From Holophaga sp. (GTDB lineage: Bacteria; Acidobacteriota; Holophagae; Holophagales; Holophagaceae): DNA of 64,000 nucleotides. Location of the stretch: NCBI GenBank assembly GCA_035298525.1, contig DATGXY010000310.1, positions 58,300 to 122,299 of the forward strand, read 5' to 3'. Both the position numbers and the translations under genes were made by a program. Below the pieces are notes generated by a model. It was not told where the DNA came from. It did no database searches and saw only the letters and a list, made by a program, of their open reading frames with translations. Shown piece after piece: positions 1 to 19,052 of this stretch (position 1 is its first letter; every line of letters starts with the position of its first letter).

Positions 1-495
1 ACCGGCGAGGCCGAGCATGGTCCTCAGGAAATTCCTGCCCCAGGCCTCGTAGAGCCAGGCGGTGCGCACCACCAGATGCTCCGGGGCCTTCCGGGCCTCC
101 TCCTCGCCCAGCAGCTTGGTCCGGCCGTACACCGTGGCGGGACCGGGAGGGTCCTCCTCCCGGTAGGGCCTCCGGGCGGCCCCGTCGAAGACGTAGTCGG
201 TGGAAACCTGGACGAGGAGGGCCCCATGGCGGGCGCAGCCTTCCGCCAGCCACCCCACGGCGGTCCCGTTGACGAGCCGGGCCTTCTCCGGCTCCGATTC
301 GCAGAGGTCCACCTGGGTGAAGGCCCCGGCGTTCACCACCACCTGGGGCGCGACCGCGTCCAGGATCCGCCGCACGGAGGCCGGATCGGCCAGGTCGAAG
401 TCCGCCTCGGGGGGCACGACGAGGTCATGGCCCGTCCAGAAGGCCTGGATGGCTTTCGCCAGCTGGCCCTGCCCGCCGCTCACCAGGATCCTCAT
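1..495 (-). CDS. rfbD: dTDP-4-dehydrorhamnose reductase (N-terminal ~165 aa; 3' end runs off the window)
   Basis: Own translation from the ATG at 495: MRILVSGGQGQLAKA...NAGAFTQVDLCESEPE...QVSTDYVFDG...YGRTKLLGEE, an RmlD-type pattern. The start overlaps the rfbC stop (ATGA). It is absent from the ORF track because there is no stop in the window. Confidence 0.85.
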   Translation of the reverse strand, partial: MRILVSGGQGQLAKAIQAFWTGHDLVVPPEADFDLADPASVRRILDAVAPQVVVNAGAFTQVDLCESEPEKARLVNGTAVGWLAEGCARHGALLVQVSTDYVFDGAARRPYREEDPPGPATVYGRTKLLGEEEARKAPEHLVVRTAWLYEAWGRNFLRTMLGLAG

Positions 496-1001
496 CGGAT
501 GACGGCCCTGCGCGCCTTCTCGTCCAGGACGAAGGGGCTTTCCGGATCATCCTCGTGCCGGATCTCGTCCACAGCCTCGGCCCTGCCCTCGCCCTTGAAC
601 AGGCGGTTGGGGCAGTTGATCACCCAGCCCGGTTCGGCGCTGATGCAGCGGTAGCCGTGGACGACGCCTTTGGGAACCACGACGGAGCCAGGATTGGACA
701 GGCCCATGGCCAGTTCCATGCGGTTGCCGAAGGTGGGGCTCCCGGGGCGGTTGTCCCAGAGGGTCAGCTTGAAGTCCCCGGGCCCGACCCAGGCGAAGAG
801 ATCGGCCTGGTCCACGTGCTCGTGGGGGCCGCGGAGCACGCCCGGAAGGGTGACGCTCACGTAGCACATGGCCGGGAGATACTCCCCGGGGAGCTCATCC
901 GACCGGAAGATCTCGGCCAGCCATCCCCGCTCGTCCACGAACTTGCGGAAGGGCTTGACGATGACGCCCTCGATGGGCCCCTGGGTGAAGGTTCGGGTCA
1001 T
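492..1001 (-). CDS. rfbC: dTDP-4-dehydrorhamnose 3,5-epimerase-like cupin
   Basis: 169-aa ORF with an ATG start. It has RmlC-like sequence (FVDERGWLAEIFR, PKGVVHGY) and lies between rfbA and rfbD. Confidence 0.88.
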   Translation of the reverse strand: MTRTFTQGPIEGVIVKPFRKFVDERGWLAEIFRSDELPGEYLPAMCYVSVTLPGVLRGPHEHVDQADLFAWVGPGDFKLTLWDNRPGSPTFGNRMELAMGLSNPGSVVVPKGVVHGYRCISAEPGWVINCPNRLFKGEGRAEAVDEIRHEDDPESPFVLDEKARRAVIR

Positions 1002-1004
1002 GCC

Positions 1005-1754
1005 TCAGTCCTTGGATGCATAGGCCGGGAAGGGGGTGGGGACGGTGGCGGCCAGCAAGGAGGCGTTGGCCAGGCTCGGGAAGGTGCCCGCGTCGGACCA
1101 CCAGCCCCCGAGGGTCCCGAAGGAGAGCTGCCCCTTGGCGATGTAGGCGTTGTTCACGTCCGTGATCTCCAGCTCCTGCCTTCGCGAGGGGCGGATCGTG
1201 CGGATGATGTCGAAGACGGCCGCGTCGTAGAAGTAGATGCCGGTCACCGCGAGGTTCGACCTGGGTTCCGCGGGCTTCTCCTCGATGCCCACGACCCGGT
1301 CGCCCTGCACCTGGGCCACCCCGAAGCGGCAGGGGTCCTCGACTTCCTTGAGCAGGATGCGGGCCCCGGCTCCCTGGGCCAGGAACCGGGCGACCTCCCC
1401 CGCCAGGCCGTCCTGGAAGATGTTGTCGCCCAGGATCACGCAGACGGGTTCCCCCCCCGAGAAGTTCTCGGCCAGGGAAAGAGCCTGGGCGATGCCTCCG
1501 GCCTCATCCTGGACCTTGTAGGTGAAACGGCAGCCGAAATCCTTGCCGGATCCGAGGCAGCGCACCACGTCGCCCATGTGCTCGGTTCCGGTGACGACGA
1601 GGATCTCCTCGATCCCCGCCTCCTTCAGTTTCCAGACGGGATGCCAGAGCATGGGCACCCTTCCCACGGGGAGAAGGTGCTTGTTGGTCACCTTCGTCAG
1701 GGGGAACAGCCTCGAGCCTGTTCCGCCGGCCAGCACGATGCCTTTGAGTGGCAA
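1005..1754 (-). CDS. rfbA: glucose-1-phosphate thymidylyltransferase (short form)
   Basis: 249-aa ORF with the nucleotidyltransferase motif KGIVLAGGTGSRLFPLT. It has a TTG start preceded by GAGGAGG. Confidence 0.82.
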   Translation of the reverse strand: MPLKGIVLAGGTGSRLFPLTKVTNKHLLPVGRVPMLWHPVWKLKEAGIEEILVVTGTEHMGDVVRCLGSGKDFGCRFTYKVQDEAGGIAQALSLAENFSGGEPVCVILGDNIFQDGLAGEVARFLAQGAGARILLKEVEDPCRFGVAQVQGDRVVGIEEKPAEPRSNLAVTGIYFYDAAVFDIIRTIRPSRRQELEITDVNNAYIAKGQLSFGTLGGWWSDAGTFPSLANASLLAATVPTPFPAYASKD

Positions 1755-1832
1755 TTTGCCTCCTCGGACGTTGACGCATCATACCAGACCGGAAGAGCGC
1801 GGCAGGGACCGGCCCGTGGGGCGTCCCCCATG

Positions 1833-1862
1833 AAAAAAGGCAGGGACCCGGGGGTCCCTGCC
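1833..1862 (-). terminator. intrinsic terminator downstream of rpoC
   Basis: Stem GGCAGGGACC/GGTCCCTGCC with a 4-nt loop. The A6 run on the plus strand gives a U-tract on the minus-strand transcript. It lies 24 nt after the rpoC stop. Confidence 0.75.
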
Positions 1863-1885
1863 TTCCCTTGGTGCGGGCCCGGACC

Positions 1886-6121
<4,236 letters not shown>

Positions 6122-6169
6122 ATCAGACCTCTCGAATTCGTGGCGGTTTCAACAGGGAGCCGATGGAGC

Positions 6170-10561
<4,392 letters not shown>

Positions 10562-10817
10562 GGTTCACTCCGGAAGACGCCCCGGCGGGCCCTTGCGGGG
10601 CCTCCGGGGAAAGCGTGGGGAGGTCGTACGCGGCGCACTGGCAGGGGCCCTGAATACGCGGCCGGGGCCAGACAACCATCGTCGCCGATGGATGCTGACC
10701 CTGCGGATCGCGATGTGATGGCACACGGAACGAGGTGCAACCGGGGCCCTTTGTGGTGGCGAGGAGGAAATCCCCCGGACCGGGGTCCGGGGGCAAGGAA
10801 TAAGCATACCACTTTTT

Positions 10818-10858
10818 CACAAACCACAAAGCGCAAGGTGTACGAAGACACCTCGCGC
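10818..10858 (-). terminator. candidate attenuator/partial terminator in the rplL-rpoB spacer
   Basis: The minus-strand RNA GCGCGAGGUGU-CUUCGU-ACACCUUGCGC forms 11 bp including one G-U pair, followed by UUUGUGGUUUGUG. It starts 28 nt after the rplL stop. A partial terminator at this position is known in E. coli. Confidence 0.5.
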
Positions 10859-10886
10859 TTTGGACTTGACGCGGTCGGTCGGTTTT

Positions 10887-11264
10887 TTACTTGATGGTGA
10901 CCTTGGCGCCGGCGGCCTCGAGCTTTTCCTTGATCTTGGCGGCCTCTTCCTTCGTGGCGCCTTCCTTCACGACCTTGGGAGCGCCGTCGACCATGTCCTT
11001 GGCCTCCTTCAGGCCCAGGCCGGCCACGATCTCACGCACGGCCTTGATGACGTTGAGCTTGTTCGCGCCGGCTTCGGTCAGCTCGACGTTGAACTCGGTC
11101 TGCTCTTCGACGGGCGCGGCGGCGGCGGCGCCACCGGCGGCGGGGGCCGCCACGGCGGCGGCGGAGACGCCGAAGCGCTCCTCGAGGGCCTTGACCAGGT
11201 TGGCCAGCTCGAGGACGGTCATGGTTTCGATTTCCTGGATCAGCATGTCAGCGGTGAGAGCCAT
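10887..11264 (-). CDS. rplL: 50S ribosomal protein L7/L12
   Basis: 125-aa ORF; Ala-rich hinge and KVTIK C-terminus typical of L7/L12. Confidence 0.98.
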   Translation of the reverse strand: MALTADMLIQEIETMTVLELANLVKALEERFGVSAAAVAAPAAGGAAAAAPVEEQTEFNVELTEAGANKLNVIKAVREIVAGLGLKEAKDMVDGAPKVVKEGATKEEAAKIKEKLEAAGAKVTIK

Positions 11265-11321
11265 GTAGTTCTCCTCTCTAATGCGATGAATGGGTTCGGG
11301 GTTGGGGTGACAAGGACCGGC

Positions 11322-11816
11322 CTAGGCCGCGCCTTCTTCCTTCTGCTTGCGGATGGCCTCGAGGGCCACCGCCAGACCGGAGATGGGGTACTGCATGAGG
11401 TAGAGCAGCTTGCCGATGAGGACTTCGCGGCTGGGCAGCTCGGCGATCGCCTTGAACTCGGCGGCGGTCACCGGACGACCGTCCAGGATGGCGCCCTTGA
11501 GGTTGGCGGCCGGGTTGTCCTTCAGGAAGTTGTTGACGGCCTTGGCCAGGGCGACGACATCACCCTCGGTGGTCGCCACGGCGGTGGCGCCCTTGAAGTG
11601 CTCGGAGAGCCCTTCGAACATCGACTCCTTGACGGCGATCCTCAGCAGGGTGTTCTTGGACACCCGGTACTGGCCCTTGCCCTCACGGACGGACTTGCGG
11701 AAGGCCGTGTCCTTGTCGACGGTGAGGCCCTTGAACCCGAGGACCACGGCGGACTTGGCCGTGGAGAAGGTCCCCTTGAGCTGGGCCACTTCGGTGCGTT
11801 TCTGTTCGCGTTCCAT
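11322..11816 (-). CDS. rplJ: 50S ribosomal protein L10
   Basis: 164-aa ORF located between rplA and rplL with L10-like sequence. Confidence 0.96.
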   Translation of the reverse strand: MEREQKRTEVAQLKGTFSTAKSAVVLGFKGLTVDKDTAFRKSVREGKGQYRVSKNTLLRIAVKESMFEGLSEHFKGATAVATTEGDVVALAKAVNNFLKDNPAANLKGAILDGRPVTAAEFKAIAELPSREVLIGKLLYLMQYPISGLAVALEAIRKQKEEGAA

Positions 11817-11828
11817 GGTCAGCTCCTC

Positions 11829-12518
11829 CTACTTTTCCGCGATCGGGGCGATGGAGATGCTGGGGCCCATGGTGGAGGCCATGTGGATGGCCTTCACGTA
11901 CTTGCCCTTCGCCGCGGCCGGCTTGGCCTTGACGACGGCGTCGATGAGGGCCTTGGCGTTGTCCTTCAGCTTCTCGACCCCGAACGAGATCTTGCCGACG
12001 CCGGCATGGATGATGCCGGTCTTGTCGACGCGGTACTCGACCTTGCCGGCCTTGATCTCCTTGATCGCCTTGGCGACCTCGAAGGTGACCGTGCCCGTCT
12101 TGGGGTTGGGCATCAGGCCGCGGGGGCCCAGCACCTTACCCAGGCGACCCACGCCCTTCATCATGTCCGGGGTGGCCACGAGGGCGTCGAACTCGAGGAA
12201 ACCGCCGGCGATGCGCTCGACGAGATCATCCCCGCCCACGATGTCCGCACCGGCCGCTTCCGCATCCTTGATCTTTTCGCCCGTGGCGATGACGGCCACC
12301 CGCATGGTCTTGCCCGTGCCGTGGGGCAGGACAATGGTGCCGCGAACCATCTGGTCCGCGTGACGGGGGTCGACGCCGAGCCTCATGTGAACCTCGACCG
12401 TCTCGTCGAACTTGGCGAAGGCCAGGTCCTTGATGACGTTCAGGGCTTCGGAGAGCTCGTAGGGGCGATCTTCGATCTTGGAGGCGGCAGCCTGGTACTT
12501 CTTTCCAGGTTTTGCCAT
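11829..12518 (-). CDS. rplA: 50S ribosomal protein L1
   Basis: The ORF-track frame was trimmed to the internal ATG ([11 protein letters not shown]...), which is preceded by AGGAG. The 20-aa upstream extension has no ribosome-binding site. Confidence 0.96.
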   Translation of the reverse strand: MAKPGKKYQAAASKIEDRPYELSEALNVIKDLAFAKFDETVEVHMRLGVDPRHADQMVRGTIVLPHGTGKTMRVAVIATGEKIKDAEAAGADIVGGDDLVERIAGGFLEFDALVATPDMMKGVGRLGKVLGPRGLMPNPKTGTVTFEVAKAIKEIKAGKVEYRVDKTGIIHAGVGKISFGVEKLKDNAKALIDAVVKAKPAAAKGKYVKAIHMASTMGPSISIAPIAEK

Positions 12519-12605
12519 AGTAACTCCTGCTCTAAAGATCTTCCGCGATGACGGTCGCGGTTGCCGGGATTCCCGCACGATGCGGGTTTCCGTGGTGAAA
12601 GGGTG

Positions 12606-13037
12606 CTACTTGACGACCTCGACACCCATGGACCGGGCGGAGCCGGCGATGGAGCGCACGGCGGCCTCGAGGCTGCCGGCGTTGAGGTCGGGCATCTTGA
12701 CCTTGGCGATCTCTTCCAGCTGGGCCATGGTGATCTTGCCCACCTTGGTCTTGTTGGGGACCGCGCTGCCCTTGTCCAGGCCGAGCTTCTTCTTGATGAG
12801 CACGGCCGCGGGGGGGGTCTTGAGGATGAAGCTGAAGGAGCGGTCGCCGTAGACGGTGATGACGACGGGCAGGATCGTGCCCTTCTCCACCTGGGTCACG
12901 GACTTCGCGTTGAACTGCTTCACGAACTCCATGATGTTGACGCCGTGCTGGCCCAGGGCGGGACCGACGGGCGGGGCCGGGGTGGCCTCGCCGGCGGGCA
13001 GCTGCAGCTTGATGTAACCAGTGATCTTCTTGGCCAT
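12606..13037 (-). CDS. rplK: 50S ribosomal protein L11
   Basis: Trimmed to [38 protein letters not shown], the canonical L11 N-terminus. GGGAGA lies upstream. Confidence 0.97.
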   Translation of the reverse strand: MAKKITGYIKLQLPAGEATPAPPVGPALGQHGVNIMEFVKQFNAKSVTQVEKGTILPVVITVYGDRSFSFILKTPPAAVLIKKKLGLDKGSAVPNKTKVGKITMAQLEEIAKVKMPDLNAGSLEAAVRSIAGSARSMGVEVVK

Positions 13038-13106
13038 TTCTTTGTTCTCCCGCGACGGATTCCGGCGCATGCCGGCGACTGTCGCCTTGAAGGGCGGAGG
13101 GCGCGG

Positions 13107-13736
13107 CTAGCGCTTCTCCACCTGGATGAAATCGAGCTCCACGGGGGTGCTTCGACCGAACACCGTCACCATCACCTTGATGGTGGAGCGTTCCTCGTGG
13201 ATCTCCTCCACGTCCCCTTCGAAGTTGGCGAAGGGGCCATCTATGATACGGACCTTTTCGCCCTTCTCAAAGTGGTATTTCGGCTTGGGCTTCTCCTGGG
13301 TCTCCTCGGTGTGGTTCATGATCTGCCGGACCTCGTCGTCCGTCAGAGGCGTGGGGCGCTTCTTGTTCGCGCCCACGAAGGAGGTGACCTTGGGGGTATT
13401 GCGGACGAGGTGCCAGTCGGCATCCTCCATCTCGTAGTTGGCGCCCTTCTTGGTGACGGCGATCTGGACGAGGAGGTAGCCGGGGAAGGACTTGCGCTTT
13501 TTGAGGACGCGCTCCTTCCGGCCGGTCTTGGCGTCGACCTTCATCTCCTCGTACGTCTCCTCGGGGATCTGGATATCCCCGAAGTGCTCGTCACGCTCTT
13601 CCATCTTGATGCGCTGGCGGAGGCTCTCCATCACCTTGGCCTCGTAGCCGGAGTAGGTGTGGATGATGAACCAGGCCATCTTCCGCTCATTGCCCGTGGC
13701 CTCGGCGGCCACCTGGCTTCCCAGAAGTTCGGTCAT
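13107..13736 (-). CDS. nusG: transcription termination/antitermination factor NusG
   Basis: 209-aa ORF with NGN ([11 protein letters not shown]) and KOW ([13 protein letters not shown]) motifs. AGGAGG precedes the first ATG; an alternative ATG lies at 13679. Confidence 0.94.
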   Translation of the reverse strand: MTELLGSQVAAEATGNERKMAWFIIHTYSGYEAKVMESLRQRIKMEERDEHFGDIQIPEETYEEMKVDAKTGRKERVLKKRKSFPGYLLVQIAVTKKGANYEMEDADWHLVRNTPKVTSFVGANKKRPTPLTDDEVRQIMNHTEETQEKPKPKYHFEKGEKVRIIDGPFANFEGDVEEIHEERSTIKVMVTVFGRSTPVELDFIQVEKR

Positions 13737-13749
13737 GGGTCCCTCCTGG

Positions 13750-13941
13750 CTAGTTGTGGGGGAGGATGAAGGACATCCCCCAGGAGATGGCCTTGTCCGC
13801 GGCCCAGAGGAACAGACCGACGAACGTCGACACGATGACCACCGAGTAGGTGGCGCTGAGCACCTTCTGCTTGCCCGGCCAATCCACGCGCTTGAGCTCG
13901 CTGATGAGCTCCTTGGCTTGATGCTTGATGGATGAAATCAA
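13750..13941 (-). CDS. secE: preprotein translocase subunit SecE
   Basis: 63-aa ORF with a single TM segment and the ELKRVDWP motif. It has a TTG start with GGGAGA upstream and the canonical position before nusG. Confidence 0.85.
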   Translation of the reverse strand: MISSIKHQAKELISELKRVDWPGKQKVLSATYSVVIVSTFVGLFLWAADKAISWGMSFILPHN

Positions 13942-14023
13942 CGGGATCTCCCGGCTTTCAAAGGGCTTCGAACGAAAAGGCCCCAGCTTGGTGTCGCTGG
14001 GGCCGAGCAGAAATGGCAGGGGA

Positions 14024-14099
14024 GACAGGGTTCGAACCCGCGACCTGCGGATTTGGAGTCCGCTGCTCTACCAGCTGAGCTACTCCCCTATGGGCTTTG
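14024..14099 (-). tRNA. tRNA-Trp (anticodon CCA)
   Basis: Hand-folded. The acceptor stem is AGGGGAG/CTCCCCT, the anticodon loop CTCCAAA, the T-arm GGTTCGAA, and a CCA end is encoded. Confidence 0.94.
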
Positions 14100-14176
14100 C
14101 AAGGAAGGCGGCGGGTTGCCACGAGGGCGGCCCGCGCGAGAACCCCGCCCGATGGGCGGGGTCCCCTGGGAATCAC

Positions 14177-14326
14177 CTACTTGCCTTCGCGGTGGAGCTT
14201 GTGGCCCCCGCAGGCCCGGCAGTGCTTCTTGAACTCGAGCTTGCCCGTGGTGGTGCGCTTGTTCTTGGTCGTCGTGTAGTTCTTGCGCTTGCACTCGGTG
14301 CAGAGCAACTGAACGATATCGCGCAT
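14177..14326 (-). CDS. rpmG: 50S ribosomal protein L33
   Basis: Own translation: MRDIVQLLCTECKRKNYTTTKNKRTTTGKLEFKKHCRACGGHKLHREGK (49 aa). It is below the ORF-track size cutoff. The CxxC...CxxC pattern and the position after tuf are typical. Confidence 0.9.
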   Translation of the reverse strand: MRDIVQLLCTECKRKNYTTTKNKRTTTGKLEFKKHCRACGGHKLHREGK

Positions 14327-14337
14327 GGCGGAATCCT

Positions 14338-15531
<1,194 letters not shown>

Positions 15532-15598
15532 AGGTGCCTCCTGGAGGTGGAAGGGGGATGGGGGTACTGAACAGTTGGATGGGTGCGCGGCAGAAAAG

Positions 15599-15673
15599 TG
15601 GAGCCCACAGGCGGGATTGAACCGCCGACCTCGTCCTTACCAAGGACGCGCTCTGCCCCTGAGCTATGTGGGC
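15599..15673 (-). tRNA. tRNA-Thr (anticodon GGT)
   Basis: Hand-folded. The acceptor stem is GCCCACA/TGTGGGC, the anticodon loop TTGGTAA, the T-arm GGTTCAATCC, and a CCA end is encoded. Confidence 0.92.
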
Positions 15674-15684
15674 TTGGACTTTTC

Positions 15685-15761
<77 letters not shown>

Positions 15762-15786
15762 ATCAACCAGTCTTCCGCGAAAGAAC

Positions 15787-15873
15787 TGGTGCCTAGAGAA
15801 GGATTCGAACCTCCGTAGGGCGGAGCCCGGCAGATTTACAGTCTGCTGCCATTAACCACTCGGCCATCTAGGC
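15787..15873 (-). tRNA. tRNA-Tyr (anticodon GTA), long variable arm
   Basis: Hand-folded. The acceptor stem is GCCTAGA/TCTAGGC, the anticodon loop CTGTAAA, there is a class II variable arm, and a CCA end is encoded. Confidence 0.92.
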
Positions 15874-15982
15874 GTTTGTCAAACAACCCCATCGGTGCTC
15901 TGTGAGGCAAAGCTTTCCTGACAGGGAACATCCAAGGTAACACGCCCTTCGGGCGGATACAAGGGAAAAAGATTCACGTCGC

Positions 15983-16708
15983 TCAATCCCGTCTCCGGGC
16001 CAGCACACGGAAGAGCATGATGGCGGCGGCGCTGGAAACATTGAGACTTTCGATGCCCCCGGGCATGGGGATGGCCAGGAGTCCGTCGCAGTGCTCCCGG
16101 ATCTTCTGGTGGAGACCCTCCCCTTCGGATCCCAGGACCAGGACGGTGGCCCGATCGAAGGATTCCTCCAGGTAGTCCACGCTCCCCGGGCCGGCCGCCA
16201 AGCCGTAGACCCAGGCCCCGGCCTCCTTGAGTTCCTCCAGGGCGCGGGAGAGGTTCACCACCCGCACCAGGGGCACCCGGCCCGCGGTGCCCGCGCTGGC
16301 CCGCACCACGGTCTCGTTGACCTGGGCGCTGCGGCGTTCGGGGAAGATGACGCCGTCGGCGCCGGCGCCCGCGGCGGAGCGCAGGATGGCGCCGAAGTTG
16401 TGGGGGTCCGTGACGCCGTCCAGGGCCAGGACGAGGGCCCTGGGGCCCTTCTCGCGCACCCGCGCGGCGAGCTCGTCGAGGGTGGAGAGGGCCACGTCGC
16501 CGCCCTCGCCCAGGACGCCCTGGTGACGCTGGCCCTGGGCCCGCCGGTCGAGGCTGTCCATGGGCTCGCGGTGGATGACGACGCCCTTCTCGCGGGCCGC
16601 GGTCCGGAGGCGCGCGCAGCGCTCCCAGGCTGTCGGCGCGATGCGGAGCGTCTGGATCTCGCCGCGCTCCAGCGCCTCCTCGCAGGCGTGGGGACCGAGG
16701 AACCGCAT
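15983..16708 (-). CDS. rlmB: SpoU/TrmH-family 23S rRNA (guanosine-2'-O)-methyltransferase
   Basis: 241-aa ORF with motifs DGVTDPHNFGAILRSA, LVLGSEGEGL and ESLNVSSAAAI. Confidence 0.85.
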   Translation of the reverse strand: MRFLGPHACEEALERGEIQTLRIAPTAWERCARLRTAAREKGVVIHREPMDSLDRRAQGQRHQGVLGEGGDVALSTLDELAARVREKGPRALVLALDGVTDPHNFGAILRSAAGAGADGVIFPERRSAQVNETVVRASAGTAGRVPLVRVVNLSRALEELKEAGAWVYGLAAGPGSVDYLEESFDRATVLVLGSEGEGLHQKIREHCDGLLAIPMPGGIESLNVSSAAAIMLFRVLARRRD

Positions 16709-16709
16709 G

Positions 16710-18092
16710 CTAGAAGGCCTTCTTGAACCCGATGGACCAGAGGTGGCCCATGCTCTCCACGCGGGTCATGGTGCCGGTGGTGCTGTAGCCGCCCAGGGCC
16801 CAGAGGCCTTCCAGGTTCTTCACGTCGCGGTCCTGGCTCTGGCGGATCTGCCAGCCGATGTTCACCTCGCCGCCCAGCACCTTCCAGCCCAGGCCCAGCG
16901 AGAACGCGGCGTTGCGGCTTCCGCCCAGGAGGGGCTCCACGGTGGAGTCCGTGCGCAGGCCGGGGTCGGTGGAAAGGCCCAGGCGGCCCGTGAGCGTCTT
17001 GGTGATGGTCATCTCGCCCGCGAGGCTGAGGCCGAAGCCGCTGTGGAATTCGCCGGGCATCCCGGAGCCGGTGACGGGCCCGCTGGGGGAGGTGACGACG
17101 GAATAGCCGGGGATCCGGGTGGAGGCGCCCTGCACGTAGCGCAGGTCGGCCTCCCAGGTGAAGATCTGGTTCAGGCGCTGGCGCACGCCGATGGTGACGC
17201 GCCCGGGGAGGGTGACGTCCCCCTGGCCCGCGGCGGCGGTGGTGGCGGCCAGGACCGCGGGCGCGGCGGCGACGGCGACGGCGTCGCCATCGCCGAAGCC
17301 GCTGATGGAGGTCACCCTGCTCCGGCTGCCGTCCACGGTGGCGGAGAGGCCCAGCGTCCCCTTGATGGGGCCCTGCCAGGCGCCGGCCACGGTCCAGCGG
17401 GGGTTGATGGCCCACCGGAAGCCCAGCTCGTAGGAGGGCATGGTCTTGTTGCCCTTCTGCAGGGTGTTCACCTCCAGGAGCCCCTGGGCCGGATTGGCGT
17501 CGGAGACGGGGAGGGCGGGGTTGGCGGGGACCGGCACGCGCACCGCGTTGTCGAAGGAGTACTGCACCCGGGCCACGCCCACGGCGACGCCCACGGAGAA
17601 GGCGGGGGTGAAGGCGAAGCTGCCCTGGAAGGCGACGCGCCTGGCCACGAGCTCAAGCCCCTGGCCCTCGAAGCGGCCCGTGTAGTCCTGGCCGAACTGG
17701 GCGTGGCGCATGAAGGGGTTGTCCATCTTCAGGCCCACGTAGAAGCGGGGGCTGACCTTCCAGGCCGCGCCCAGGGCCGGCAGGAACCGGTTCCGGTCGG
17801 AACTGTAGAGCACGTTCTGGTTGGACTGGAGGGTGGCCTGGGAGGACATGGACTCCATGCCGGCGGAGACGAAGGCCGAGGCGTCGTCCCGGAGGGTCAC
17901 CAGGAGGGCCGGGTTCAGGGCCCCCGCCTCCAGGCTCTGGCCGAAGGCGACCCCGGCCCCGGAGCGGGCGATGCCCACGGGGTCGGAGGCCGGCGTCCAG
18001 AAGGTCTGCGCCGAGAGGGGTCCGCCCAGGACCGCCGCCAGGGCCGCGGCCCCGCACGCGCCCATTGCCTTCTTCCTCGCACCGTAAGCCAT
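16710..18092 (-). CDS. outer-membrane beta-barrel transporter, FadL/OmpP1/TodX-like
   Basis: The frame was trimmed to MAYGARKKAMG...LSAQ, a signal peptide with GGAG 8 nt upstream. It has a GxAGxA...NPAL motif, alternating beta-strand sequence and a C-terminal Phe (GFKKAF). Confidence 0.7.
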   Translation of the reverse strand: MAYGARKKAMGACGAAALAAVLGGPLSAQTFWTPASDPVGIARSGAGVAFGQSLEAGALNPALLVTLRDDASAFVSAGMESMSSQATLQSNQNVLYSSDRNRFLPALGAAWKVSPRFYVGLKMDNPFMRHAQFGQDYTGRFEGQGLELVARRVAFQGSFAFTPAFSVGVAVGVARVQYSFDNAVRVPVPANPALPVSDANPAQGLLEVNTLQKGNKTMPSYELGFRWAINPRWTVAGAWQGPIKGTLGLSATVDGSRSRVTSISGFGDGDAVAVAAAPAVLAATTAAAGQGDVTLPGRVTIGVRQRLNQIFTWEADLRYVQGASTRIPGYSVVTSPSGPVTGSGMPGEFHSGFGLSLAGEMTITKTLTGRLGLSTDPGLRTDSTVEPLLGGSRNAAFSLGLGWKVLGGEVNIGWQIRQSQDRDVKNLEGLWALGGYSTTGTMTRVESMGHLWSIGFKKAF

Positions 18093-18287
18093 ACCTAATT
18101 CTCCAGGAGGGATGCCCACTGACCATATGGCGCGGGCGTCCGATAGGTTCAAAACCGGAACATCCAGGATGGCCGGGAAAGGGCCAGGGACCAAGGGGCG
18201 ATTCGGAGCGGAGGCCGACCGGAAGGAGGCTTCCGCCCTGATGTCCATTCTTTTCTGGATTTATGGCGAGGCCCACCGGGTCCCGGG

Positions 18288-18686
18288 TCAGGCCTGCCAA
18301 TCCTCGACGGCGAGCCCCCCTATCCGCGTGAATTCCCGCGTGTTGTGGGTCACCACCGTCATCCCCCCCACGAGCGCGGTGGCGGCGATGAGGAGGTCCC
18401 TCGGCCCCACCTGCCGCCTGCGGGTTTCATGGAGCAGCCTTCCCCAGACAAGGGCGGCGGAGGCGGTGAAGTCCAGTTGGGCGAAGGCCTCCAGCAGCCG
18501 CGCCCAGGCCTGCCACATGGCCCGGGCCGTCTCCGGGGGATGCCGGACGACGCCTCGCTGGATTTCGCCAAGGGAGACGACCGAATAGGCCAGGGCCCCG
18601 GGATCGTGCCGGCGGAGCCTGGCGATCACCAGGGGATTCCGCCGGCGCAGTTCGACGAGGAAGTTCGTGTCGAGGAGGTAGAGCAT
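18288..18686 (-). CDS. vapC: PIN-domain toxin VapC
   Basis: The sequence MLYLLDTNFLVEL...THNTREF carries PIN acidic residues. The ATG overlaps the vapB stop (TGATG). Confidence 0.85.
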   Translation of the reverse strand: MLYLLDTNFLVELRRRNPLVIARLRRHDPGALAYSVVSLGEIQRGVVRHPPETARAMWQAWARLLEAFAQLDFTASAALVWGRLLHETRRRQVGPRDLLIAATALVGGMTVVTHNTREFTRIGGLAVEDWQA

Positions 18687-18928
18687 CAACCCGCTTCAAT
18701 GCCGGTGATGCGGAAATCCACGTCCTTGACCTCCTCGACCATGGGGGGCATGGCCTCCAGCGCCTCCCAGTAGGCCGGGTCCCAGCCTTGGGGGCTGATC
18801 GGCTCAAGAATCACCGCCCGGCCAACCCTGCGCACCGAGACCGATTTCACCCCGGCCTCGAACCTGCAGCCTTGGGGCAACCGAACCGCCTGGGAGCGTC
18901 CGTTCATGAAGATGCTGCCCCTGTCCAT
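18686..18928 (-). CDS. vapB: AbrB/SpoVT-type antitoxin VapB
   Basis: Trimmed to MDRGSIFMNGRSQAVRLP... (80 aa), the typical VagC/VapB N-terminus. GGGAGG lies upstream. Confidence 0.8.
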   Translation of the reverse strand: MDRGSIFMNGRSQAVRLPQGCRFEAGVKSVSVRRVGRAVILEPISPQGWDPAYWEALEAMPPMVEEVKDVDFRITGIEAG

Positions 18929-18944
18929 GGCGCCTCCCGGGCAG

Positions 18945-18965
18945 GGTATATATCCGATATATACC
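18945..18965 (-). promoter_or_regulatory. candidate vapBC operator/promoter palindrome
   Basis: A perfect 9-bp inverted repeat GGTATATAT-ccg-ATATATACC lies 17-37 nt upstream of the vapB ATG. It is strikingly AT-rich in a GC-rich genome. VapBC loci are classically autoregulated at such palindromes. Confidence 0.6.
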
Positions 18966-18989
18966 TTCGCAAGGATCACTGGCCAAGGC

Positions 18990-19034
18990 GACGCGCCCCG
19001 GCCGGCCGCATCCAGCGGCCCGCCGGGGCGCGTC
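18990..19034 (-). terminator. GC-rich hairpin after glnA (no U-tract)
   Basis: A 13-bp perfect inverted repeat GACGCGCCCCGGC...GCCGGGGCGCGTC lies 19 nt downstream of the glnA stop. Confidence 0.4.
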
Positions 19035-19052
19035 GCGGGCCGGGGCCCGGGG

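Noticed and set aside
15874-15982. A possible fourth tRNA (second tRNA-Thr) or an integrase-linked island next to the tRNA cluster.
   Set aside because: No cloverleaf could be folded in this spacer. The tRNAs lie in the canonical tuf-operon context and no integrase, direct repeat of a tRNA 3' end or other mobile gene is nearby.
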